Below are positions 52,793 to 61,997 of a stretch of DNA of 64,000 nucleotides, one piece after another. The notes under the pieces were generated by a model. That model saw only the letters and a list, made by a program, of their open reading frames with translations, did no database searches and had not been told where the DNA came from. Every line of letters starts with the position of its first letter. The first letter of the stretch is position 1. Source of the DNA: a virus; the IMG/VR virus record IMGVR_UViG_3300031673_000019, positions 6,958 to 70,957 of that record, one strand, 5' to 3'. Position numbers and translations under genes: made by a program.

Positions 52793-53593
52793 ATGGCCGC
52801 TGTCAACTCACTGCTGAGCGCATTTCGCGGAGGGCTCAACCCGAAGCCCGCGCGCGCGTATATCATTCCCCTTGATATACATCACGGTGACGAGCCGATC
52901 TTAGCTGAGCGAAGATCGTTTCAGTATTTTCCTCAGTCTATTTCCGATCAGCGTGCAACGAACTATCAGGCGAAGGTCATCCCTGGGCTGAGCCATCCTT
53001 TGTATCAATGGACATCTTCGGGTGCGAGAACGATCTCGTTCCAGGCTGTCTTCTCTCGCGATCGCAGCTATACTAAGGCCGAGAACGATTCGATCGAGGC
53101 GGGGGTTACGTCTTTGAGCAACCTGGGCGGAGACGCCCGAGGCTCACTGGCTGCGCAGGCAGATTTCAGAAATAGGAACAATGGCGTTAATGGCTCTGGG
53201 TCTGAGTCGAGAAATGTTGATATTCCTAGCGCCATTGCATGGTTGCGGTCGTTCTTGGACCCCGAATATTCGTCTGATGGCCACTCTACCTACGGGACGT
53301 CGCCAGCGCGTCCGCGCCCGCCTCGCAAGATGATCCTTGGGTTCCCCAACGTTCGCATTAACTGGGGCGTGCCCGAGCTTAAAAAAGACGAAGTCTATTC
53401 GATCATGACTCAGTGCGACGTCAGCTACGAAGGGTTCTTTGCGAACGGGGCGCCAAGGTTTGCGCGTGTTGATCTGTCGTTCGCTGAAATCATCCAGATT
53501 GGTGGCGGGATCAGGGTTCATGACGCTCTCAATAAGAGGCGGGTTGCATATGCCGGGTACGGCCTAAACGACCAGAGCAACAAGGGTACCTGA
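52793..53593 (+). CDS. tube initiator / CIS-tube (gp48/gp54, P2 gpU-like) protein
   Basis: FQYFPQSISD..YQ..IPGLSHPLYQWTSSGARTISF; IMTQCDVSYE.F..G.PRFARVDLSFAE. Confidence 0.8.
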   Translation: MAAVNSLLSAFRGGLNPKPARAYIIPLDIHHGDEPILAERRSFQYFPQSISDQRATNYQAKVIPGLSHPLYQWTSSGARTISFQAVFSRDRSYTKAENDSIEAGVTSLSNLGGDARGSLAAQADFRNRNNGVNGSGSESRNVDIPSAIAWLRSFLDPEYSSDGHSTYGTSPARPRPPRKMILGFPNVRINWGVPELKKDEVYSIMTQCDVSYEGFFANGAPRFARVDLSFAEIIQIGGGIRVHDALNKRRVAYAGYGLNDQSNKGT

Positions 53594-53596
53594 TCG

Positions 53597-53842
53597 GTGT
53601 CTGTGGCCAAGAAGGGCTTTGGCAAAGGTCGGTCGCCTACAAAGTTCTCGTTCACGTATGAAGACTACGCCGGGCTTACGGGTCTATCTACGGAGGCCGT
53701 GAGAAAGCATGCGCAGCGTGGGAATTTTGATCCAGAGGATTTGGTTTCTGTACTTGAGTTCATTCAGGAGCGGCTGAAACGCAGGGGGCAGAGCGACGAG
53801 ATCGAGGCTTTGCTGCGGGAGGCGCGCGAGCCTGCTAGATAG
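53597..53842 (+). CDS. small HTH DNA-binding protein
   Basis: TYEDYAGLTGLSTEAVRKHAQRG helix-turn-helix pattern. Confidence 0.65.
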   Translation: MSVAKKGFGKGRSPTKFSFTYEDYAGLTGLSTEAVRKHAQRGNFDPEDLVSVLEFIQERLKRRGQSDEIEALLREAREPAR

Positions 53843-53853
53843 AGAGGGCGTTT

Positions 53854-54138
53854 ATGGCATGGGAGTGTGTGCGTTGCCGTAAGAAGATCTTCGCCCCCCG
53901 GGAGCACGCGACGAAGTTTGCGGTGACCTGGAGTTTCGCCAAGGGCACGAAGACACTGAACGTTGACATCAAGAACTTGCGGAAAGTCAAGCCGCGAGCT
54001 ACCGTTACACACATCCACTGCTCAGAGCCAGACGTGCCTGGATTCGAAGAGCGGATCAGACGCGCGCTGGGGCTGCCGAAGGCTTACAGCCATCCGCTCA
54101 TTGAGGAGCCGGCGGTTTTGGATACGAACGCGGCCTGA
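53854..54138 (+). CDS. putative Zn-binding protein
   Basis: CVRC and HIHC. Confidence 0.6.
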   Translation: MAWECVRCRKKIFAPREHATKFAVTWSFAKGTKTLNVDIKNLRKVKPRATVTHIHCSEPDVPGFEERIRRALGLPKAYSHPLIEEPAVLDTNAA

Positions 54139-54162
54139 GCGCAAGGATGAAGGAAGATCGAC

Positions 54163-54345
54163 ATGAGTGATTTCAACTGCCCGAAGTGTACGGCGAAGGT
54201 TCATGCTCGGCCCAATGAGGTTGGCTGCCCAGCATGTGGGTTTAACCGCCCGCATACGCATGAACAGGCGCCGCTGCCTCGTGAGCCTCAGCAGGTAGAA
54301 GCGCCTCCAGGCTATCGAGGCAAGTACCTCACCGAAGACCTGTAG
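54163..54345 (+). CDS. Zn-ribbon protein
   Basis: CPKC and CPACG. Confidence 0.65.
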   Translation: MSDFNCPKCTAKVHARPNEVGCPACGFNRPHTHEQAPLPREPQQVEAPPGYRGKYLTEDL

Positions 54346-54348
54346 GTC

Positions 54349-54377
54349 TTGAAAATAGCCTGGTGCGACTGTATGGT
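54349..54377 (+). promoter_or_regulatory. sigma70-like promoter
   Basis: TTGAAA-N17-TATGGT. Confidence 0.65.
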
Positions 54378-54392
54378 CGCGCCAGGATGCAC

Positions 54393-54425
54393 AAAGGCGG
54401 TCCCACACAAGGGGCCGCTTTTTTT
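54393..54425 (+). terminator. intrinsic terminator
   Basis: AAAGGCGGTCCC-ACACAA-GGGGCCGC followed by T7. Confidence 0.8.
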
Positions 54426-54445
54426 GTTGGGGGCGCTAAAGATCT

Positions 54446-55699
54446 ATGGCTGATTTTACGTGGAACAAGGGACAGCGCGAGGCTATCGATCGGATCAGGG
54501 GATGGGCGGATAAGACGGCGGAGGGGATGGAGCTGTCGTTGACGGGGCCGGCCGGATCGGGGAAGACCAGTCTGCTGAAGGCGATTGTCCCCTTCCTGTC
54601 TGGCCAGAAGGTTGCCTGGACGGCTATGACGGGGCGGGCCGCTGTTCGGCTTAGAGATCTGACGAGCGAGCCGGTATCCACGCTGCACAGCGTGCTGTAC
54701 GACAGGCCTCGCGAAGACAGGAAGGGCAAGCTCTGGTTTAACAGGGTCAAGCCTCCTGATTTCAAGTTCCTCGTGGTTGACGAGGCCTCGATGATGGGTC
54801 CCAAGATTTACAATGATCTGAGGGAGTTCATCATGCAGGGCGTGCGAATTCTTTTCGTTGGAGATGGGTATCAGCTCCCGCCTGTGCTCGACTATAAGGA
54901 GATTAAAGATCACGGAGAGGACTTTTCCGTGTTCCGTGAGGTTCCAGGCTGCGCACTCACCCAGGTGATGCGAAGCGACGATGGCATCATCAGGGTGGCG
55001 ACACAGCTTCGGTGCGAAAATCAGGTGCCGAAGAAGTGCATGGAAGGCTATTCGATCCGAAGGTCTAAGACGCCTGGCACCGAGGCGGTCGAAGAGTTCC
55101 TGATGGATAACGACGACCACTTCGTGATCACATGGAGGAATCGCCTTCGGATGCAGGCCAATCGCCTGGTCCGTAAGCGCCTGGGAATGGATGGGCTGTT
55201 GCCGAAGCCGGGGGAGCCGGTGATGATGTGTCGCAATGGTCAGAGCGACGGGTCGCCGCCGGAGTTCGTTCTAAACGGCGAAATTCATTGGGGTTCCGGG
55301 TGGGATCGTGGGCCGAGCCTTGGGCCTGAGGTGCAGACGCAGTGGTTCTATACGGACCATGGGATTCGCGTCCTGGTCAACACGCAGGGCAAGGATGAGC
55401 CGATGGATGGCTTCATGCCGCACGTGGAGGACTGGAAGAAGTACATGTCTGAGCGCCGAATCAGCCGGACGCCAGAGATCGTACCCATTACATATGGCTA
55501 CATTGGCACGGCGCACAAGGCCCAGGGCGACCAGTACCGCAAGGTTACGATCTTCCTCTCGCGTGAGGACTTAGCCAATGACAAGTTCCGCAAGGATACA
55601 TACTTGCCCGACGGGTCGACGATGTCGTTCGCTACCCGTTGGCTATATACTTCTTTAACTCGGGCACAAAAAGAGGTTACACTGATTTTGGGGTCGTAG
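54446..55699 (+). CDS. RecD/Dda-like SF1B ATP-dependent helicase
   Basis: GPAGSGKT, VVDEASM, FVGDGYQLPPV, LTQVMR, TAHKAQG, LYTSLTRAQ. Confidence 0.95.
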   Translation: MADFTWNKGQREAIDRIRGWADKTAEGMELSLTGPAGSGKTSLLKAIVPFLSGQKVAWTAMTGRAAVRLRDLTSEPVSTLHSVLYDRPREDRKGKLWFNRVKPPDFKFLVVDEASMMGPKIYNDLREFIMQGVRILFVGDGYQLPPVLDYKEIKDHGEDFSVFREVPGCALTQVMRSDDGIIRVATQLRCENQVPKKCMEGYSIRRSKTPGTEAVEEFLMDNDDHFVITWRNRLRMQANRLVRKRLGMDGLLPKPGEPVMMCRNGQSDGSPPEFVLNGEIHWGSGWDRGPSLGPEVQTQWFYTDHGIRVLVNTQGKDEPMDGFMPHVEDWKKYMSERRISRTPEIVPITYGYIGTAHKAQGDQYRKVTIFLSREDLANDKFRKDTYLPDGSTMSFATRWLYTSLTRAQKEVTLILGS

Positions 55700-55700
55700 C

Positions 55701-56084
55701 TTGCCCCGCTTTCCTCCTCCAGGCGCCCATGCTCCCCGGCATGGGCGCCGCTTTCGTTTCGGGGCTTGGTGCGATCGGTGTCGGTGGCAGGAATCTCAGG
55801 GATGTTGTAGTGTTGCCGAGGTGAGATCGCTGGCCCAGCTATGCGAAGACATTCGTGACGCCGTCGACGATGAGGGCGGCGGGCGTTGCTTTGACCGGTC
55901 CCTTGAGGCCTTCCAGAAGGAGACGGGGCTTCCTGTGGATGGGCTTTGGGCAGTTGTTGATGGAGTGGTTGCTGGTGCAAAGCCGGCTAAGCTTTTGAAT
56001 CGCTTGCATAAGAGCTGGGGTGGCGACATGAAAGACTGGATTCGCTGGTACAAGCTTGCGGCAACGAAGCCGGACTGCTCATGA
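55701..56084 (+). CDS. hypothetical protein (true start probably downstream)
   Basis: C-terminal 90 aa look globular; ATGA coupling to the next gene. Confidence 0.45.
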   Translation: MPRFPPPGAHAPRHGRRFRFGAWCDRCRWQESQGCCSVAEVRSLAQLCEDIRDAVDDEGGGRCFDRSLEAFQKETGLPVDGLWAVVDGVVAGAKPAKLLNRLHKSWGGDMKDWIRWYKLAATKPDCS

Positions 56085-56350
56085 AGGAGCTGATTCTAGT
56101 AGCGCTCGGAGCGGCTGTCACAGTTATCGCGTTTTTGCTCACGAAGAGCTTCGGTAGCAAGACCGTGGCTCCGGCAGTCGATACGCCTGAGACCATCGAG
56201 GCAATCGAGAAGGCTTCGGAGTTGATGGGTCAGCGCGTGGTGGCGGAGACCTCGTCGGAAGAGGTTAGGACGAGGGTCGAGGCGAAGTTGAATATACCTG
56301 ATCCGCGTAAGCGGCTTGAGGCCATCGCGGCTGAGCTGAAAGATCTGTAG
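56081..56350 (+). CDS. N-terminal TM plus coiled-coil protein (i-spanin-like topology)
   Basis: LILVALGAAVTVIAFLL then a charged helix. Confidence 0.6.
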   Translation: MKELILVALGAAVTVIAFLLTKSFGSKTVAPAVDTPETIEAIEKASELMGQRVVAETSSEEVRTRVEAKLNIPDPRKRLEAIAAELKDL

Positions 56351-56359
56351 GTAGCGATT

Positions 56360-57520
56360 ATGTCAATCAATCATCTTTTGGAACAGAAGACGCGTCCAGC
56401 CCGTGTTGACACGATGGATGCGGATCGCATCAACGCCATTGTTGAGCGCAAGTCTGGGGTGAATCCCAGCAAGCTTGCTGCACAAGTGACGGGCGAGCCT
56501 GTGCAGGAGCAGCGTGAGTCTGCATACGACGGGAGCATCCCCCGAGGGGCGGGCCCGGCATTCGATCTGATGCAGGCGCGTGGCGGCGGTGAGGAGCAGC
56601 GTCTTGCGGAGCGGGTGAGGGTGCTGGAGCAGCGCCTTGCTCAATACGAGGATGGCGAGGCTCGCGACGGTTCTCCGATGGGGTGGCCGCGTTCTGCGGA
56701 GCAGTCGACGTATGCCCCTCGTATCAACAATCCGAAGGCAAAGAAGCAGTCGCGCAAGATTGCGCGAAGGCAGGGCACTGAGCCCGATCAGGCTGACGGT
56801 AAACCAGATCCGATGCCAAAGATAGGCGCCGGCCAGAACGTGAATGCGGAGGGTAGAATGTCTGCGAACGAAATGAACATGCTTGGCCTTGAGATGACTG
56901 AATGGCGTCGGCTCGCTGGGCTCGAATCGCCTTACGTGAACCTTGTCGAGACTCGCCCTGCGGCTGGGTACCTCGCTGAATCGCAGGAGGCCTACGACGA
57001 CGAGTACGATGATGACTCCGTCGAGGCAAGCGAGATGGAGGACGAGTACGTCGAGGCGGTCGTCGAAGAGCTTTGGGACGAGTTCTTGGAGACGCGCGGC
57101 CTGTCGACCGAGATGTTTGCGCGGCTGATCGATGAAGCGATTGCCTCGGAAGACCCCGAGGAGATGGACGCTCTGCTGGCCGTGGAAGACATCTTTCTTC
57201 AGGAGGTTGATCTGAAGGCACGTCTTCGCGGCGGTGGCAAAGAGTTGACGCCTGATCAGCTGGCGAAGACCTATGGTGTGCCGAGGAAGTTCGGCCGTGT
57301 CGTAGGCGGCTCGGCTCCGTCTGAGCACCCTTCGGAGAAACTGAAGCGGACGAAGGCGGCGTTGGCGGCGATCTCTGGCCCAAAGGGTGAAGACGTCGAA
57401 GAAGGTTACGACGTCGACGAAGAGGGCAACATGTCCTTTGAGTGCGATGCGGACGAGGACGGATCACCGGCGATCCCCTGGGACAAAGTTCGTCGCCACG
57501 TGGCCCGCGGCCGACGGTAA
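56360..57520 (+). CDS. acidic probable head-internal/scaffold-like protein
   Basis: EWRRLAGL motif, LAES, very acidic blocks. Confidence 0.75.
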   Translation: MSINHLLEQKTRPARVDTMDADRINAIVERKSGVNPSKLAAQVTGEPVQEQRESAYDGSIPRGAGPAFDLMQARGGGEEQRLAERVRVLEQRLAQYEDGEARDGSPMGWPRSAEQSTYAPRINNPKAKKQSRKIARRQGTEPDQADGKPDPMPKIGAGQNVNAEGRMSANEMNMLGLEMTEWRRLAGLESPYVNLVETRPAAGYLAESQEAYDDEYDDDSVEASEMEDEYVEAVVEELWDEFLETRGLSTEMFARLIDEAIASEDPEEMDALLAVEDIFLQEVDLKARLRGGGKELTPDQLAKTYGVPRKFGRVVGGSAPSEHPSEKLKRTKAALAAISGPKGEDVEEGYDVDEEGNMSFECDADEDGSPAIPWDKVRRHVARGRR

Positions 57521-57528
57521 GTAACGCC

Positions 57529-58212
57529 ATGGCAAAGAACATGCTTGGAATGGAACTGAGGGAGTGGAATTCTCTCTCAGGGCTGTCCGATCCCTATTCG
57601 TTGGAGCTTGCTCGTATCTCGGCGGAAGCAGGGGTTCCGCATGTTCTGAGCGAGCAGGCTGCACCAAATCCCTCGGGTCAGACGGGGCGTAGAAAGCCTG
57701 CCGCTACTGACACTCCGGCCATGGATGAGCCGAAGGCTCAGACGACAAAAGGCGATTTGACGCCAGATCCGGTGCCTTCTTTTGGGAAGGAGATGTCGCG
57801 CCTCGTCCCTAAGAGCACAAAGAAAAATCCGATCGGCAGCATGAAGCGGTTTGCTCTCGGATCTGCACAAACAGCGAGCGGCCTCGTGAAGGGCGCCAAG
57901 GGCGTCGTTGGCGGTATTACGAACTTCTTCAAGGGCGCCAAGGAAGGGTACCGACAGAAGAGGGCGCAGCACGCCACCGAGTCGCTGCTCCGCGTCTGGC
58001 AGGTGTTTCTTGGCGAGAATGGCCTAGAGCCCAGCGCGTATCTTGCGGTTGTCGAGGAAGCCACGGCTCGTGGAGACCGAGACCTGCTGGAAGGCGTTGC
58101 GACCTTGGATGAGATGTTCATGCACTGGTGCCGTGCAAGGCTGTCCGAGATGAGTTCACAACGGCCGCTGGGGGCTCTGGTGGAAGAGATTCGCCGCGAG
58201 GCGTCTCGTTAG
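57529..58212 (+). CDS. paralog of 56360
   Basis: NMLGMELREWNSLSGL and WQVFLGENGL..EEA motifs shared. Confidence 0.75.
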   Translation: MAKNMLGMELREWNSLSGLSDPYSLELARISAEAGVPHVLSEQAAPNPSGQTGRRKPAATDTPAMDEPKAQTTKGDLTPDPVPSFGKEMSRLVPKSTKKNPIGSMKRFALGSAQTASGLVKGAKGVVGGITNFFKGAKEGYRQKRAQHATESLLRVWQVFLGENGLEPSAYLAVVEEATARGDRDLLEGVATLDEMFMHWCRARLSEMSSQRPLGALVEEIRREASR

Positions 58213-58217
58213 AGAGA

Positions 58218-58679
58218 ATGCTTAAACTGATCTCAACAGTGCTCCTGTGCTCCATAGGCTGTGCCAGCGCGCCGCCTGTGGTTCAATTTTCGGGCATTCC
58301 CGAGAAGCAGTACGTTGAGGTCAGAGACTTGCCAGAGTCGCCGGATGTTGACCCCGTCATCGCAGGAGCAGACTGGGCGGTACCCCTTTCCAGGGGTGAA
58401 TGCACGCATCAGGACGGCATCCTGTTGTCGCCTGAGAAGGCCGTGCGTGCGAAGCTCTGGCAAGAGGGGTACCGATCGATCCGAAGTCTGTATGAGTTGG
58501 ATCGAAAAGTCTGGGCAGAGCACCGCACTGTCTACGAAAATCGCATCAAGCAAGCGAACGGTCAGATCAAAGATGTGACGCCGAAGTGGTGGGATGCGAA
58601 CGAAGGCAATATCGCCATGGCGGCCGGCTTCGTTGTCGGCGTGCTAGCAACCGTTGGTATCACGTACGCAGCGAAGTGA
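58218..58679 (+). CDS. lipoprotein with C-terminal TM (u-spanin-like topology)
   Basis: MLKLISTVLLCSIG|C lipobox-like signal; IAMAAGFVVGVLATVGITYA TM. Confidence 0.6.
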   Translation: MLKLISTVLLCSIGCASAPPVVQFSGIPEKQYVEVRDLPESPDVDPVIAGADWAVPLSRGECTHQDGILLSPEKAVRAKLWQEGYRSIRSLYELDRKVWAEHRTVYENRIKQANGQIKDVTPKWWDANEGNIAMAAGFVVGVLATVGITYAAK

Positions 58680-58689
58680 GGGAGCAACA

Positions 58690-58950
58690 GTGCTATTTGA
58701 AGATCTTATTCACGCGGTTCGCGGTGTTTGTACGGAAGACGCGAGCGGATTTGGGAAGAGAAAAGAAACAAAACGTATGGAGAGGAAGTTGCGACAGGTT
58801 CGCGGCCTCCGTGCGTTAGCCCATAAGCAGGGCGCGGTGATGGTGCGAGGTGGAGGCGAGGACTACGGTCGCGAGGCGAAGACCCTGCGCGCGGCATCTC
58901 GTGGCAAAACTACACTGGGTCCCAACATTTTCTCGCGATCCAATCGTTGA
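58690..58950 (+). CDS. small basic hypothetical protein
   Basis: GTG after GGGAG; LFED then Arg/Lys-rich body. Confidence 0.5.
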   Translation: MLFEDLIHAVRGVCTEDASGFGKRKETKRMERKLRQVRGLRALAHKQGAVMVRGGGEDYGREAKTLRAASRGKTTLGPNIFSRSNR

Positions 58951-58980
58951 TTGGCGCACCGCAGCAGCCTGGAGCTAAAA

Positions 58981-60459
58981 ATGCTGACACCAAGATATAG
59001 AACGCTGTCGGAGTCGATCTCCGATTTCAATCGTGTGATGGACGGAATGGACCGGGTCCAGCCCAGGGAACCAGTCCGCCATGAAGACCTGGATGAGCTG
59101 GTCCGAATGGAGCACCAGCTCTACCAGATGACCCGTGACATCGAGCACGTGGAGCGAGCCATCCACGAGTCGGGCTTCCCCCTGAACGAAGCCGACGCCG
59201 AATCTCTGGGCAAGATGAACGATCAGGCGGCAGACCGCCTGCATACGCTCGCAAACCGTGCCGCACGTAAGCAGCAGCAGGCGACGGCAGGAGAGAATCC
59301 CGCGCTGGCGGCCAGGTTTGCAGAGATGCACAAGCGCCTTCGCGGCAAGGCCCAGGAGTACGAGAAGAAGACCAAGAAGTACACGGGCAAGCGCAACCTC
59401 GTGACGTCGATGGATCCGGCTCCGATGAGCCAGTACAAGACCGAGTCGACGGCGATGCAGTCGTTTCGCGTACTGGCTGGCCTCGAAGAGCGGCTGATGA
59501 TGCCGCGCGACCCGGGCTTGCTGGGTGCTACGCGGCTCAACGAAGGCTATAGCCAGATGGCGCAGCCCTTCGACGAGGGCGAATCTCCTGCCCACAAAGG
59601 CAAGATGAAGGCGACAGCGGCAAAGCTGCATGCCCTCGCCTCGCGTATCGATCAGGAATACGCAGAAGATTCTGAGTACCACGAAGGTGGCGGCTCTCGT
59701 GGTACGAAGGCGACGAGGCAGCGGGCTCACATGGATCGCGCTTTGACTGGCTATGTCGCGAAAAACATGCACAAAGGTGACATGGAGCCAGGCAAGGCAA
59801 AGATGGCGCAGAGGTTCTCGATGCCTCGTGGCTCAGACCCTCTTGCAACCAAGGCTGCTGATAAGCAAGGTCGGGAAGATGGTGAGCCGATGCCGACGGT
59901 CAAGGGCGGCTTGCGAATTCGTAAAAGGCAGCAGGGCCAGTTTTTCCCTGATCTGCGCAAGGGTAGGCTGCCCGAGTCGTTGGCGCTAGAGGCGCGCACC
60001 AAAGATCAGCAGTACCGTGGGCTGCGCAGGGTGTACTCCAAGTCTGGTAAGTCGATTTCCATGGCGGCTCCTTCGGAGCGTGAGTTGAGGGCGAGAGCAG
60101 GGGCGGAGAAGGGTCGTGGATCAGATCCTGCCTATGCGCAGACGAAGGCAGATCTTAGACAGACTCTTCAGAAGAAAGAGTCTCTAGCTCTTGAGTCTCG
60201 CCCGAAGGGCCAGCGTGTGAGCGCTAAGAAGGCGAACCGATATGCTGCAGCGTTTCGCATGCACTCAGATCCTACTCTGAGCAAGGTGAGCCATGCCGAT
60301 GCGAAGTCGATGGCGAAGAAGGCGAAAGATCGTGAGAATAAGCTGGCGCCGCAGTTCGTTAGGGGGATGAGGCTGGATGCTGGTTCTCCGAAGCAGTCCC
60401 CCGACAGGGAGGCCAGGTACCGGGACAGAGTTCGATACGATTGGCAGAAGAAGTCTTAA
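58981..60459 (+). CDS. probable multi-cleaved head-internal polyprotein
   Basis: LSES, LNEA, FRVLAGL, LNEG, 2x ESLALE separating basic segments. Confidence 0.75.
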   Translation: MLTPRYRTLSESISDFNRVMDGMDRVQPREPVRHEDLDELVRMEHQLYQMTRDIEHVERAIHESGFPLNEADAESLGKMNDQAADRLHTLANRAARKQQQATAGENPALAARFAEMHKRLRGKAQEYEKKTKKYTGKRNLVTSMDPAPMSQYKTESTAMQSFRVLAGLEERLMMPRDPGLLGATRLNEGYSQMAQPFDEGESPAHKGKMKATAAKLHALASRIDQEYAEDSEYHEGGGSRGTKATRQRAHMDRALTGYVAKNMHKGDMEPGKAKMAQRFSMPRGSDPLATKAADKQGREDGEPMPTVKGGLRIRKRQQGQFFPDLRKGRLPESLALEARTKDQQYRGLRRVYSKSGKSISMAAPSERELRARAGAEKGRGSDPAYAQTKADLRQTLQKKESLALESRPKGQRVSAKKANRYAAAFRMHSDPTLSKVSHADAKSMAKKAKDRENKLAPQFVRGMRLDAGSPKQSPDREARYRDRVRYDWQKKS

Positions 60460-60473
60460 CGCGATCCCCGTGC

Positions 60474-60502
60474 TTGACAATAAGGCGACCCGTCGATAAG
60501 AC
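60474..60502 (+). promoter_or_regulatory. sigma70-like promoter overlapping terminator
   Basis: TTGACA-N17-TAAGAC. Confidence 0.5.
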
Positions 60503-60521
60503 AGGGTCGCCTTATTTGTTT
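60479..60521 (+). terminator. intrinsic terminator ending the structural block
   Basis: 13-bp IR AATAAGGCGACCC/GGGTCGCCTTATT followed by TGTTT. Confidence 0.75.
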
Positions 60522-60531
60522 CAGGGGGAGC

Positions 60532-60798
60532 ATGCCGAGGAGACCGCCGGTACGCAAATCCGTTCTAAAAGAGATCGTTCTGTCTCACGTCCGATGGTAC
60601 GAAGCGAGGACGGTCCCCGCTCTAGAGTGGAACGTTGTCAATGATTACGGCTCGGTGACAAGGCGAAGCATCTATCGAAACCTGGCGACCTTGGCACAAG
60701 AGGGTGAGGTCGTTCGGATCCTTGATGAAGATGGCGTGCCGGGGTATGTTCGGGCCAGGCCGCCTCGATGGGATCGGTTTCAGCAGGTTTACACTTGA
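60532..60798 (+). CDS. winged-HTH transcription regulator
   Basis: SVTRRSIYRNLATLAQEGEVVRI..GY (Fur/wHTH-like). Confidence 0.8.
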   Translation: MPRRPPVRKSVLKEIVLSHVRWYEARTVPALEWNVVNDYGSVTRRSIYRNLATLAQEGEVVRILDEDGVPGYVRARPPRWDRFQQVYT

Positions 60799-60812
60799 TC
60801 TGAGGTGATGGG

Positions 60813-61340
60813 ATGAGCAGCGAAGACGATAAGTTGGCCCCGCTCAATCAGATGAATTTGGAGCGTGTGTTTCGCGAGGCGACAGGGAACTTGACAGACA
60901 AGGAAGCGGCGGACGCATGGGCGTTCGTTGATGCGATTGAGACTGCCGCAAAAGAGCGGAAGGCAGTTCTTCGCGAAGCTCTCCTGGAACGTGCGGCCGA
61001 TCATGGAGAGGCGTACGGCGATGGTCACGCCAAAATTGAGATGGACGGCGTGAAGGTGTTTCGGGAGAAGCGCGTTGCGAATCTTCCCGACCCGAAGCTG
61101 GTTGAGGCTCTGCTGAAAGAGGCGGGGCTGGAGTACGATGACGCGTTCACGCCTAAGCGTGACTGGGCTTTGGATCCGTCCAAGGTAGAGTTTCTTGCCA
61201 AGTGCGGGAAGCTCCCGGCGGATAAACTGGATGAGTCCAAGAAGGTCTCTTACGCTTTGAAGATCAGGTCGCTCGGTTCGCTGAATAGGCAGATCGAAGC
61301 TGTGAAAAAGCAGCTTGCATCTTCGGAAGGGGAAGGCTGA
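60813..61340 (+). CDS. hypothetical protein (Gam/Gp157-like coiled-coil?)
   Basis: Helical N-terminus, beta hairpin, LDPSKVE motif. Confidence 0.55.
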   Translation: MSSEDDKLAPLNQMNLERVFREATGNLTDKEAADAWAFVDAIETAAKERKAVLREALLERAADHGEAYGDGHAKIEMDGVKVFREKRVANLPDPKLVEALLKEAGLEYDDAFTPKRDWALDPSKVEFLAKCGKLPADKLDESKKVSYALKIRSLGSLNRQIEAVKKQLASSEGEG

Positions 61341-61648
61341 TGCCGGAAGTAGAGGCGGAGCTGTTGGGTGAGTCGACGGATGCCATTGACCATCCCGTGG
61401 TGGTCGAAGACGACGAGGGCGTCGACGATGAGCCCATGAGCTATCAGGAGTTCGTTCAGGTCATTCGCGAGGACGTGCAAGCGTTTGCTGCAGATCTGAT
61501 GAAAGAATATGGCGTGTTCGATGGCCGTGACATGAGATCTGAAATCTCTTGGCTGCTGGAGCAAATCGGGGACGGCATTCGACGTGACTTAGAAAAGGAG
61601 CGGAGAAATAGTAGACAGGCGGTGCAGAGTGCGTCGCGTCATCGTTGA
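61340..61648 (+). CDS. acidic hypothetical protein
   Basis: TGATG coupling. Confidence 0.6.
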   Translation: MPEVEAELLGESTDAIDHPVVVEDDEGVDDEPMSYQEFVQVIREDVQAFAADLMKEYGVFDGRDMRSEISWLLEQIGDGIRRDLEKERRNSRQAVQSASRHR

Positions 61649-61997
61649 GTCGCCCTACAAGGGCGCAACCCCCCAGGAGCTGGGGCGCAACATTCTGTAC
61701 CTGCGCGCCTGCCTGCGGGACTGTCTGCTGCGTGGAGAGGCACCCTACGCCAGCCACGCCATCTACACACAGGATGGCGTGCTCGACGACGACAACCCAG
61801 ACGAGAGAGATCTGGGGATTCGCGCCGGCTTCGAGTGGCGGCAGTCAGCTGAAGTTACGGTGGTTTACACCGACCTTGGTATCAGCAAGGGCATGCAGAT
61901 TGGCATCGACGATGCCCGGCGTCGCTCCTGCGACGTCATTTACCGCTCTCTTCCAGGATGGGGACCCGAAAGGTCAGGGGAGATAACAGTACCTTGA
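61629..61997 (+). CDS. nucleoside 2-deoxyribosyltransferase-like fold protein (DUF4406/DUF7768-type)
   Basis: VIVESPY.G, GEAPYASH..YTQ, VVYTDLGISKGM. Confidence 0.75.
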   Translation: MRRVIVESPYKGATPQELGRNILYLRACLRDCLLRGEAPYASHAIYTQDGVLDDDNPDERDLGIRAGFEWRQSAEVTVVYTDLGISKGMQIGIDDARRRSCDVIYRSLPGWGPERSGEITVP

